A stretch of DNA of 64,000 nt from Alphaproteobacteria bacterium (GTDB lineage Bacteria; Pseudomonadota; Alphaproteobacteria; UBA828): the NCBI GenBank assembly GCA_965214705.1, contig OZ243972.1, positions 1,696,001 to 1,760,000 on the forward strand, written 5' to 3'. The notes beneath the pieces are model-generated. The model worked only from the letters and a program-made list of their open reading frames with translations. It was not told where the DNA came from and searched no databases. Below, piece after piece: positions 1 through 9,117 of the stretch (the first letter of the stretch is position 1; every line of letters begins with the position of its first letter). Made by a program: the position numbers and the translations under genes.

Positions 1-68
1 CGATCATTCGGGGATGGGGCCAATACTATTGCAAGGCCCACGTCCGCGGGCTCTTCCACCAGCTTGAC

Positions 69-1747
69 GGGTGTAGGTCTGGCATGGCGATCGTAAGTCA
101 TTGATTTAGCGCGATTGGCGGGTGGCCGTAGGCAGCCAGAATCGGGTTTTCGTGACAATCGGCCGGTGCAGGGCCGGATTTTGTCACAACGGCGGCATCC
201 AGCAGTGGTGGGTGGGAACGCTCCGCACCGCGAGATGCGGTAGGATGCCGCGCCGACAACCCAACATCAGACCCAACATCAGGAGCGTTCCCATGCCAGT
301 GTCGCAGTCTCTCATCGCCTCGTCCATCGACCTTTTGGGCCTGCCTGCCGAAGTCGCCGAAGCGGTCGCCCAGGTGGTGGAGTTCTGTCGCGAACAGGCT
401 GGGTCTGACCCGTCTGCCGAGACGTTCGAAACGGTTGAGACGGGGCTGCGGGACGCCATGAACGGCTTGGGTTGCAAGCTCCTTGGGGCCTTCGCCGAGA
501 GCCGCGACGACGGTGCGAGCCGGATCGAGCGCGACGGACAGAGCTGGGTCCGGGTGGCGGCGACGCCGAAGACGATCATGACGACGCTCGGTCCCGTGAC
601 CTATCGGCGTGCGCGCTATCGCAGCGGCGCGAGCAGCACGTCGCTGGTGCCGGTGGACGAGAGCCTGGGCCTCATCGACGACTACCTGACGCGGCCGGCG
701 GCGCAGCTCGGGCTGATGATGATGGGCCACTGTACGCCGCGTGAAGCGGAGGAGTTCTTCGCGAAAATGGGCGGAATGACGCCGTCGGTGAGCACGCTGC
801 AGCGCCTGGCCCTGAGCATGCATGAGCACTGGGAGAGCGTCGCCCCGGAGACGCTGGCCAGCATCCGTGAAACCCAGGGCATACCGCCCGATGCGGTCAC
901 CGCGTCCGTCTCCCTTGACGGCGTCATGGTGGCGCTGCGGGCCGGCGAGGACGGCCGTGCCGAGGCGTGCTGGCGCGAGGCCTCTTGCGGCACGGTCTCC
1001 TTCCACGACGCCGAGGGCCAACGGCTGAAGACCCTCTATCTCGGCCGTATGCCCGAGAGCGGCAAGGCCGCGCTGAAAGCGCAACTTGCAAGCGAGGTCG
1101 CCCATATCCGCCGTGTGAGCCCGAAGATCAGGATCGGCGCCGTCGCCGACGGGGCCGCCGACAACTGGACCTTCCTCGAAAGCCTCTCGCCCGAGACCGA
1201 GGTCATCGACTTCTGGCACGCTTGCGAGCATCTCCGCGTGGCCTCTGACCATGCGGTGGCGCGCCACTGGTTCGAGAAGCACCGCGAAATCCTGCGCCAC
1301 GACCCCCGCGGCGTCGACAAGGTGATCCGGGCACTGCGCTACCTCCTGGACAGGGCAAAGGGGGACCCGGCCGAGATCGAGCGCGAGCTGGCCTTCTTCC
1401 GAAAGCACCGCCATCGGATGCGCTACCACGCCCTGAAGGAAGAGGGCATCGCCATCGGCTCGGGTGTGGTCGAGGCGGCCTGCAAGACCCTCGTCGCGCA
1501 GCGCTTGAAACGCTCGGGCATGCGCTGGCGGATCGACGGCGGGCAGGCGGTTCTGACCTTCCGCGCCCTGATCAAATCCGGCCTCTTCGACCGGGCATGG
1601 GATGCGCTCATGGACGCCCGATCCGGACCAGCTAACGACAACATCAGCCCAACCGAAGTCCTGGCACTCGCTGCTTGACCAAAATGAACCAGCCCATATC
1701 CTTTAGCGCCATCACGACTGGCATATCGCCATACGAGAATCACACCC
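69..1747 (+). mobile_element. Insertion sequence, ISKra4/ISLre2-like (prokaryotic Mutator-type)
   Basis: Imperfect terminal IRs: GGGTGTAGGTCTGGCATGGCGAT and reverse complement GGGTGTGATTCTCGTATGGCGAT. 8-bp target duplication AGCTTGAC at 61-68 and 1748-1755. Confidence 0.9.
293..1678 (+). CDS. ISKra4-like DDE transposase
   Basis: Motifs SLDGV, VADGA, IDFWHACEHL, IGSGVVEAACK; AGGAG RBS before the ATG at 293. Confidence 0.88.
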   Translation: MPVSQSLIASSIDLLGLPAEVAEAVAQVVEFCREQAGSDPSAETFETVETGLRDAMNGLGCKLLGAFAESRDDGASRIERDGQSWVRVAATPKTIMTTLGPVTYRRARYRSGASSTSLVPVDESLGLIDDYLTRPAAQLGLMMMGHCTPREAEEFFAKMGGMTPSVSTLQRLALSMHEHWESVAPETLASIRETQGIPPDAVTASVSLDGVMVALRAGEDGRAEACWREASCGTVSFHDAEGQRLKTLYLGRMPESGKAALKAQLASEVAHIRRVSPKIRIGAVADGAADNWTFLESLSPETEVIDFWHACEHLRVASDHAVARHWFEKHREILRHDPRGVDKVIRALRYLLDRAKGDPAEIERELAFFRKHRHRMRYHALKEEGIAIGSGVVEAACKTLVAQRLKRSGMRWRIDGGQAVLTFRALIKSGLFDRAWDALMDARSGPANDNISPTEVLALAA

Positions 1748-1993
1748 AGCTTGACGGCTGGATCGTGCGGCGGCTCTGGTCGCATTGTCGCAAGCGCTGG
1801 CGCAACGCTGGCTGGAAACAGTTGCCGGAGCGCAAGCTGATCGACGAATACGGGCTTGTTCGCCTGATCTCACTGGTTCCGTCCTTGAACCTTCGTTGAG
1901 ACACCTTTGTGAAAGCGGCTTACGGGAAAACCGTACGGGCCGTTTGAGCGGCGGACGGAGGCTAGCCTCGCGGGGCGCCTCCTCCGACCCGAC

Positions 1994-3510
1994 AGCAATG
2001 AAGCCGGCGAACAACGGCCCCTCGGGGCCGGCGGAGCCGGGGGAGCGAAGGGGCGGACCCAAGGGCAATCCGAAAGGCCAAAGCTCGCGCCGCGCGCAGA
2101 AGCGGGGAAGCGAGTCACAGGCGGCCGACCGGATACGACAGGCTGCAAAGAGGAACCCGGATGAGTGTCTCGTGGCGCTCCTCCACCATGTGACGGTTGA
2201 CTGCCTGCGCGACGCGTACCATTCGCTGAGAAAGGACGCGGCAGCGGGGGTGGACGGCGTCACGTGGGAGGCATACGCCGACGGGCTGGAAGATCGCTTG
2301 GTCGACCTGCACGGGCGTGTGCACAGGGGGGCGTATCGGGCGCCGCCGTCGCGGCGGGTCTACATACCCAAAGAGGACGGGGGACAACGACCGCTCGGCA
2401 TCGCCTCGCTGGAGGACAAGATACTCCAGCGGGCGGTGACGGATACGATTCTGGTGCCGATCTACGAGACGGAGTTCCTCGGCTTCAGCTACGGCTTCCG
2501 GCCGGGGCGGGGGACGCATAACGCGCTCGACGCCGTGGCGGTTGGAATGGAACGGCGGAAGGTCAACTGGGTCGTTGACGCCGACATCCGCGGGTTCTTC
2601 GACAATCTCGGGCGGGACCACCTGGTCGGGATGCTCGAAAGGCGCATCGGAGACACGCGGGTCATGCGGCTGATCGTCAAGTGGCTGAACGCCGGCGTCA
2701 TGGAAGGGACCGACTGGACGGACACCGGCAGGGGCGTTCCGCAGGGTGGGATAATCTCACCCTGCCTCGCCAACGTTTACCTGCATTACGTGCTCGACGA
2801 CTGGTTCCACAACACATGGCGCAAACGGACGGCAGGAGGCGACACAATCATCGTGCGATACGCCGATGATTTTGTGTGCGGCTTCCAGCACGAGGGCGAC
2901 GCGAAGCGTTTCCTCCGGGACCTCGGCGAGAGGCTGGCCCAGTACGGACTGGAACTGCATCCGGGCAAGACCCGGCTCATCGAATTCGGCCGCTACGCGA
3001 AAGCGAACCGCCGGACACGGGGGCAGGGCAAGCCGGAGACGTTCGACTTCCTTGGCATGACGCACTTCTGCGACCAGTCGAGGAAGGGACGGTTCAGGGT
3101 CGGCCGCAGGCCATCCCGGAAACGGGTCAACCGCACTCTGCGGGGGATCGCGGAAAGGCTGCGCAAGCGCTGGCACGACAACCGGCACGAGACAGCGAAG
3201 TGGCTGGGAAGGGTCATCGACGGCTGGCTCAACTACTACGGCGTACCCGGGAGCGGCCGCTATCTGGTGCGGTTCGTGCACCAATGCAAACGGCTGCTCA
3301 TGCGTGCCCTGCGGCGAAGGTCCCAACGGGACCGCACCGCGTGGGAGGATATCAATCCCCTCACTGCTGCCCACTGGCCCAAGGCCAGCATCCGTCATCC
3401 GTGGCCGAACCAGCGGCTTGTCGTCAGGACCTGAGGGAGGAGCCGGATGCGAACAGCGCCCGTCCGGATCTGTGCGGGGGGACCGGGGCAACCCGGTTCC
3501 CTACCGCGAT
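1994..3510 (+). mobile_element. Group II intron B (outer; bacterial class E-like), visible part from domain III to the 3' end
   Basis: Domain III-like sequence AGCAATGAAGCCGGCGAAC...GGAGCGAAGGG at 1994-2051, an RT ORF, domain V GAGCCGGATGCG...GTCCGGATC (3440-3470), and domain VI ending CCGCGAT at 3510. Class assignment is from memory of IEP motifs. Confidence 0.88.
2112..3434 (+). CDS. ltrA: Group II intron reverse transcriptase/maturase, no endonuclease domain; start uncertain
   Basis: AAAGVDG, YIPK..G..RPLGI, SYGFRPGR, DADIRGFFD, GVPQGGIISP, RYADD, FDFLG, GWLNYY, HPWP. Confidence 0.92.
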   Translation, partial: ESQAADRIRQAAKRNPDECLVALLHHVTVDCLRDAYHSLRKDAAAGVDGVTWEAYADGLEDRLVDLHGRVHRGAYRAPPSRRVYIPKEDGGQRPLGIASLEDKILQRAVTDTILVPIYETEFLGFSYGFRPGRGTHNALDAVAVGMERRKVNWVVDADIRGFFDNLGRDHLVGMLERRIGDTRVMRLIVKWLNAGVMEGTDWTDTGRGVPQGGIISPCLANVYLHYVLDDWFHNTWRKRTAGGDTIIVRYADDFVCGFQHEGDAKRFLRDLGERLAQYGLELHPGKTRLIEFGRYAKANRRTRGQGKPETFDFLGMTHFCDQSRKGRFRVGRRPSRKRVNRTLRGIAERLRKRWHDNRHETAKWLGRVIDGWLNYYGVPGSGRYLVRFVHQCKRLLMRALRRRSQRDRTAWEDINPLTAAHWPKASIRHPWPNQRLVVRT

Positions 3511-4581
3511 AGACTTGAACAAGTTTATCGAAACCTCCAAATGTGTTGTTGTATATGGTAACTGATGTATAATGCACATTTCTTTTTCTTGAGAGAACTT
3601 CACGGAACCTCCATCATGCATTTCCACCAATGTCTTGAGCAAATTCATTCCAATACCGGTTCCCTCAGGCGTTACCTGCCGTGCATGTCGTCCGCGGAAT
3701 CCCGAAATGAATATTCTTTCTACCTCATCCTCCTCCACAGATGGTCCCACCGAGCTCAAATGCACATGCACACGATCAGAGTTCTCTGAGAAATGAATCT
3801 CCACACTTGTATTCGGGGGAGCATACTTAATGGCGTTTTGGATCATTAAGTAAGGAATGACATCAAACAACGCAATACCGTCGACTCGCCCCGTGCTTGA
3901 GCCAGTCAATTGAAGCCTTACATTTTCGGAGGAGGCCGTGGGCGTCAAACTTCTAATCACGCGATCAAAGGCACGGTAGATTGGTATCAAACTTCTCGCT
4001 GCTTTTAGCAGAGCTGGATTAGACACTACATCGAGAACATCGGTTCGAGTCTTTAGGATTTTCGATAGCTCCTCTATATTTCTCACGGTATTGAGATACC
4101 TCTGATGAATATAGCCATCTTCTTGCAAATCTTGCTTCAGACGATAAACGGCGTTGTATATGTCCGTGTTGATACTACGCACTTCATGAATGTTTGTTCT
4201 CATAACTAGGAGCAATTTTTCTTTAGATTCTGCAAGAGCCGCGATTGTTCTTTTGACGTATGATTCCACGTTTTCCGCGTTCATTCTTATCGATAGGGTT
4301 TGCTCACGCCCACGAATGGAGCTAATCCCCACAACTTTGAGACCATGCACGACGAGCCATACTTGTTCGTCGGTCGACAACGAAGACACATATGCCGCGT
4401 ATCCAGACGGACAGCATGTCCAACCGTGCCGCACCCGCAATAGATGATCCAATTCCTCTTTCGTTTGTGCGGTAGGAGAGAGGGGAAACAGTGCTCCATC
4501 ACCACGAGCAATCAACAAACCAGTACTGTTGCGCAATAGCCATGGGAATGGAAATCCTAAGAAAAATTCCTGATCTATCAT
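3424..4581 (-). CDS. Soluble sensor histidine kinase; last codons replaced by antisense intron sequence
   Basis: H-box IHEVRS, N-box NAIKYA, F/G2 box IFISGFRG...GTGIGM; no obvious TM helix; AT-richer than surroundings. Confidence 0.75.
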   Translation of the reverse strand: MIDQEFFLGFPFPWLLRNSTGLLIARGDGALFPLSPTAQTKEELDHLLRVRHGWTCCPSGYAAYVSSLSTDEQVWLVVHGLKVVGISSIRGREQTLSIRMNAENVESYVKRTIAALAESKEKLLLVMRTNIHEVRSINTDIYNAVYRLKQDLQEDGYIHQRYLNTVRNIEELSKILKTRTDVLDVVSNPALLKAARSLIPIYRAFDRVIRSLTPTASSENVRLQLTGSSTGRVDGIALFDVIPYLMIQNAIKYAPPNTSVEIHFSENSDRVHVHLSSVGPSVEEDEVERIFISGFRGRHARQVTPEGTGIGMNLLKTLVEMHDGGSVKFSQEKEMCIIHQLPYTTTHLEVSINLFKSIAVGNRVAPVPPHRSGRALFASGSSLRS

Positions 4582-4594
4582 ACTGCTGACAGAG

Positions 4595-5278
4595 TTATGC
4601 GATCAAGGCAAACAACGCGTTAGAGACCAAAGAGCCAACGATTGCGCGTATATCGGGAGACAAATTCAGCCTCGCAGACTTCAGTTGTAAGCTTTGGGGA
4701 ACTGTCGAAGGGTCCGCTAGTAGCGAGCGAACTAATGTATCCTCCAGGCACGCCAACTGGAAGGGTGTTACACCCTTATCCAACAATCGAGAGCGGTTTT
4801 TTCTCCATACTACCGCGGGGTGAATCACTGCTAGTGTGCCTTCGTCCAACAGCTCACACCAATCTTCAATGGATGTGTCCTTTTGCGTGAACTTGTCTGC
4901 GGTTTCGACGCTAGGAACCAGCAGGTCGGGAGCCGCGCCTCCAGTATACGCAATAACGTATTTTTCTGGAAAGTGTGCCTTTATTTCTCGAATCAAATGG
5001 GCTCCTTGTTGTCTGGGATTCAGCTCCCTTCCGACTCCTTGAAGGTCGACGAGCACAACAGGGTAATCCCGAACCGTGTCAATAGTCGACAAGTCCCGTA
5101 AGTGAGCAATATTGAATTGGTGCTTCTGAAGACTTTGGAGCGGTGAAAAATCTTTATCATCTATTACAACTATTCGAACAGACCTTCGAACCTCTTGAAG
5201 GTTTTTCTTGGGAAAGAGGAGTTGAAGATCCTTATCGACCTCCTCGATACTCTTCAGTTCCTTCCAAATTACTCTCAT
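4595..5278 (-). CDS. Response-regulator receiver domain protein with unrecognised C-terminal helical region
   Basis: IVVIDD, VLVDLQG (phospho-acceptor D), IAYTG and FTQK receiver motifs; directly upstream of the kinase. Confidence 0.75.
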   Translation of the reverse strand: MRVIWKELKSIEEVDKDLQLLFPKKNLQEVRRSVRIVVIDDKDFSPLQSLQKHQFNIAHLRDLSTIDTVRDYPVVLVDLQGVGRELNPRQQGAHLIREIKAHFPEKYVIAYTGGAAPDLLVPSVETADKFTQKDTSIEDWCELLDEGTLAVIHPAVVWRKNRSRLLDKGVTPFQLACLEDTLVRSLLADPSTVPQSLQLKSARLNLSPDIRAIVGSLVSNALFALIA

Positions 5279-5624
5279 TTCTGAGCCGCGTAGGCGGGTT
5301 CAACATCTGGGTGCATAGTGGGAGAGGTCTGGTATTGCGGGGAAGAGCGTTTCCGCCTGATGTTCCTTCTGCCCAGGCACCCAGCACCAGACTTGCCCGT
5401 CCCGCTCAATACGCGTGGTGCCATCATCCTGCCCCCGGATACTGCACGGCCGCCATCTTAGCAGGATTCCGACCGAGTCGGGTATTCTGTCACGCGAACC
5501 TGCATTCAGACGACCAGGGAACGCCTAAGCCATTGATCTCAATACGCTCAATCTGCCATCCCAAGATCCCATTCTGGGTGTCACGAGGGAACCTGCGCCA
5601 AAGATGCACGAATCTTCGAAGCCG

Positions 5625-6788
5625 TCAGTCTGAGTTGGCGCCATTGCAATCCATGATGGCTGCGACCGATCGCCCGATCCGCTCGGCCGCTTCCTCGATG
5701 TCGCGGTCTCCGAGATGAGCATAGCGAAGCGTCATGCTCGAATTGGAGTGGCCGAGCAGCCGCGAGACCACCGGCACCGGCACGCCGTTCATCACCGCGT
5801 GGCTGGCGTGCGTATGGCGCAGGTCGTGAAGGCGAACGTCCTCGATGCCGGCCTCGCGGCGGGCCCGGTACCAGAGAGAAAGCTCGGACCCGCGTGGCCG
5901 CGAGGGATCGCGTGGCGAGGGGAACACGAGCGGGCTTTCTCCCCGCGTCTGGCGGTTGAGGATACTCCTGGCCTGGGCGTTGAGGGGTACCTTTCTAGCA
6001 CCCGTCTTGCTATCCCCGAGCATGAGCATGTCGCCGTGGACCTCGGACCAGCGCAGCCGGACGATCTCGCTCTTGCGGCAGCCGGTCAGCAGCAGAAGCC
6101 GGATGATCTCGGCCTGCGCCGCGCCGCGTCCGCCGGATTGCCGGTCAAGGACCCGGTGCAATCGGGCGATCTCCTCGCGGGATAGGAAACGCGTGAGCGG
6201 CGTGCGCCGGTTTCTCTTGATGCCGCGCGTCGGGTTCGTGTCGATGTAGCCGCAGGCGATGGCAAAGTTCATGATCTGCCTGACAAGCTTCAGCGCGTTG
6301 TTAGCGTTGCCGGGCGCGGTGCGGCTGAACGCGTCGAACCAGCGCCTGACCTGCGCGGGGGCTATGCGGTCGAGCGGCGTCGCGCCGAAGGCGGGGAGGA
6401 TGCTGCCTTCAAGCACGTAGCGGACGCCCCGTTTCGTCGATGGCTTGTATCGCTTGAAATGAGCCTGCTTCCACTCGCTCGCGACGAAGTCGCGCAACTG
6501 CGGGACGGCCCGCGTCGGCGCAGCCTCCCTGTCGGGCTCCGGGACGGCCTGCCGCGCGAGGCACTCCCGGCGGGCTTCGGCGATGTCCATCGCCGTCACC
6601 GGGCCGAGGGAGCGGCGCATCGACCGGCCCCCGGCATCGCGCAACAGGACATAGCTGCGCCCACCAGTGGGCCGGACGCGGACGCCGAGGCCGGCGACGC
6701 GGCTGTCCCATACGGTATACTCCCGCTCGCGGGGACGGAGGCGGGCAATGGCGGCGTCGGTAAGCCGCGCGCGTTTCCTGCCGGCCAT
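5625..6788 (-). CDS. Tyrosine recombinase/integrase with N-terminal arm-binding domain
   Basis: WDS...GLGVRV arm domain; catalytic TGCR, SKTG, HDLRH, LGH, TLRY. Confidence 0.93.
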   Translation of the reverse strand: MAGRKRARLTDAAIARLRPREREYTVWDSRVAGLGVRVRPTGGRSYVLLRDAGGRSMRRSLGPVTAMDIAEARRECLARQAVPEPDREAAPTRAVPQLRDFVASEWKQAHFKRYKPSTKRGVRYVLEGSILPAFGATPLDRIAPAQVRRWFDAFSRTAPGNANNALKLVRQIMNFAIACGYIDTNPTRGIKRNRRTPLTRFLSREEIARLHRVLDRQSGGRGAAQAEIIRLLLLTGCRKSEIVRLRWSEVHGDMLMLGDSKTGARKVPLNAQARSILNRQTRGESPLVFPSPRDPSRPRGSELSLWYRARREAGIEDVRLHDLRHTHASHAVMNGVPVPVVSRLLGHSNSSMTLRYAHLGDRDIEEAAERIGRSVAAIMDCNGANSD

Positions 6789-6791
6789 GAC

Positions 6792-7913
6792 TTATCCCTC
6801 CAACGCGATGCCGACGGTCTCGGCAGCGTCGCGGATCATGGCGTCGGCAAGGTGGGTATACTTGAGCGTGGTCTCCGGGTTGCGGTGTCCGAGCAGGCGA
6901 GCGATGGCGAGGATGTTCTCTCCCTCTCGCAAGGCGATGCTGGCATGGGTATGGCGGAGATCGTGAAGGCGGGCGTCGCCAAGATCGGCCTCGGCGCGTA
7001 CCTCAGCCCAGAACTGCTGCAGCCATGTCCCTTCGCGCGGTGCTCCGGTCCTGGGCGCCGGAAAGACCCAGCGGCCGGTCCGCTCCAGCGCGTCGAGGAC
7101 GTTCCGTGCCGGCTGGGAGAGCCACACTGTTCGGGGACCGGTCTTGCTATCCCGGAGGAAGAGACGGCCCTCGCGGTAGTCCGACCAGCGCAGCGTCAGG
7201 ATCTCACCCCCGCGGCATCCCGTCAGGAGAAGCAGGCGGACGGCGGCGACCTGGAGCGGACGGCGGCTGGCATGTGCGGACAGGGTTGCGGCCAGTCTTC
7301 GAATCTCGTCGTCGGACAGGAAGCGCTCGCGCCCCTTCCGGCGGTATCGCCGGATGCCCCGGCAGGGGTTGGAGCCCTCGGGCCTGAGGCCCATCGCTTC
7401 CGCCTCGGTCATGATGACGGAGAGCACCGGCATGGACCTGTCTGCGGCGGCCGGCGTGGCGCTGAGCGCGGCGAACCAGTGTCTGACATCCCGGCGCTCG
7501 ATATCGGCGATGTCTCGTCTCGCGAAGTACGGCAGGATTTGCCGACGCAGGTAGACCCGGTTGACGCTGAGCGTTCCCGCCTTCCAGACCCGTTGGTAAC
7601 GCACGAACACGGTCTCGGCGACGGCCTCGAAGAGGGTCTCGCCGGGATCGCAGGGCAGACCCTCCCCGCGCTTGATTCCAGCCAGCGCTTCGACGGCGCA
7701 GGAGCGGGCCTCCTCGACGCTCATGGTCTCGGCGTCGCCGACGATCTTCCAGACGCGCTCGCCGTCATGCTGGCAGTGGACGAAGAAGCGCTTGCGTCCC
7801 GAGGGCAGGACGCGGACGCCGAAGCCCCTGAGCTTGCCGTCGCGGATGTCGCGAGCGGTCTTTCGGGGCCTGAGCGCGCTGACTCGGGCGTCGGTGAGGA
7901 TAGTTCTGGGCAT
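6792..7913 (-). CDS. Tyrosine recombinase/integrase with arm-binding domain (tandem partner)
   Basis: GFGVRV arm domain; TGCR, SKTG, HDLRH, LGH, TLKY. Confidence 0.93.
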   Translation of the reverse strand: MPRTILTDARVSALRPRKTARDIRDGKLRGFGVRVLPSGRKRFFVHCQHDGERVWKIVGDAETMSVEEARSCAVEALAGIKRGEGLPCDPGETLFEAVAETVFVRYQRVWKAGTLSVNRVYLRRQILPYFARRDIADIERRDVRHWFAALSATPAAADRSMPVLSVIMTEAEAMGLRPEGSNPCRGIRRYRRKGRERFLSDDEIRRLAATLSAHASRRPLQVAAVRLLLLTGCRGGEILTLRWSDYREGRLFLRDSKTGPRTVWLSQPARNVLDALERTGRWVFPAPRTGAPREGTWLQQFWAEVRAEADLGDARLHDLRHTHASIALREGENILAIARLLGHRNPETTLKYTHLADAMIRDAAETVGIALEG

Positions 7914-8026
7914 GCGTCTTCTCCCGGTTGCGATTGCAGCCGGGGAAGAGACGGTTGCACGATCCGTTCCCCGGCGGCGGGCTTCAGGAGAAAAAGCGAC
8001 CCTGTGTCAGTTAGTTAGCACCGCAG

Positions 8027-9100
8027 GTGCGCCCCATGGTGTATCTGGCAGAGCTCTTCGTCGGCCGCGTGCGCGGTGGGCTGTCGACGGCGGCGGTGAT
8101 CGCGAGCGCCATCTTCGGCTCTATCTCCGGCAGCGCGGCGGCGACGCTGACCTGCATCGGCTCCGTGCTGCTGCCCCGCCTGCGCGCGGCCAACTATCCT
8201 GAAGGCTTCTCGGCCTCGCTGATCGCCAATGCGGCCCCCCTGGGCCTGCTCATCCCGCCGAGCTCGATCCAGATCATCTACGCTTGGGTGACGCGCCAGT
8301 CGGTGCTGAAGTGCTTCCTGGCAACGGTCATGCCGGGCCTGATCCTGATCATCCTGCTGTGCGCGCTCAATCTGATCCTGATGGCGCGGCGCAAGGAAAT
8401 CGTGATGGAGCCTCCGCCCGAGAAGTTCTCCTGCGAGGCGGCGCGGCGCGGCACCAAGGCCTTCCCCGCGCTGATGATGCCGGTGGTCATCCTGGGCGGC
8501 ATCTACGGCGGCATCATGACCCCCACGGAGGCCGCAGGCGTCGCCGTGCTCTACGCCATTCCCGTGGGCTGGTTCATCTACCGGGGCCTCAACCGCAAGA
8601 CCTTCGTCGAGGCGCTGGTCGAGAGCGGCACGACCACCGGCGTCGTCATGGTGATGTTCTTCACCGTGATGATCGTGAGTCGGCTCCTGATCTTCGAGGA
8701 TATCCCGGGGCTCGCGGAGCAGCTGATCTTCTCGGTCTCCGCCAACCCGGTCGTCGCGCTGATCATGATCAACATCGTCATCGTCATCATTGGCATGCTG
8801 ATGGACGATGTCTCGGGCGTGCTGCTGGCCTCGCCGCTCCTGCTGCCGATCGCCATGAAGCTCGGCGTGGATCCCATCCACTTCGCCGCCATCATCGGCG
8901 TCAACCTCGGGATGGGGAACGTCACTCCGCCGACGGCGCCGCTGCTCTACCTCGGCGCGCGGGTGGCGAACACGCAGGTGAACAAGATGCTGTGGCCGAC
9001 CACGCTGATGATCCTGTTCGCCTGGCTGCCGACACTCATTGTCACGACCTACGTGCCGGCTGTATCCCTCTGGCTGCCGAATCTGGTCTTGGGCCGCTAA
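8027..9100 (+). pseudogene. dctM: TRAP transporter large permease DctM, N-terminally truncated
   Basis: FGSISGSAAA, LIPPS, TPTEA, GMLMD, VTPP motifs. Only 357 aa; similarity begins at LFVGRVRGGL right next to the integrase 5' region; no dctP/dctQ upstream. Confidence 0.75.
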
Positions 9101-9117
9101 GCGCTGGAGGAAGAGAC

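Larger units (their letters stand above)
1..1899 (+). pseudogene. Intron-encoded RT/maturase of intron A, C-terminal maturase domain split by IS insertion
   Basis: Removing 69-1755 (IS plus one target duplication) rejoins one frame reading ...LFHQLDGWIVRR...; the xxRGWxxYY motif is typical of group II maturase domain X. Confidence 0.85.
1..1993 (+). mobile_element. Group II intron A (inner), 3' part; 5' end lies outside the window; interrupted by an IS
   Basis: Maturase C-terminus IIRGWGQYYCKAHVRGLFHQLD at 3-68 resumes at 1748-1899 (QLDGWIVRRLWSHCRKRWRN...stop). A domain V-like hairpin AAGCGGCTTACGGGAAAACCGTACGGGCCGTTT (~1913-1945) follows, then a domain VI-like stem ending CCGAC at 1993. 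Confidence 0.85.

Noticed and set aside
260-282. Tandem CCCAACATCAG duplication in the IS leader
   Set aside because: Only two copies; most likely slippage, not an array.
1785-2111. N-terminal extension of the 549-aa RT ORF
   Set aside because: It reads through intron A's domains V/VI and intron B's RNA structure; unlikely to be protein.
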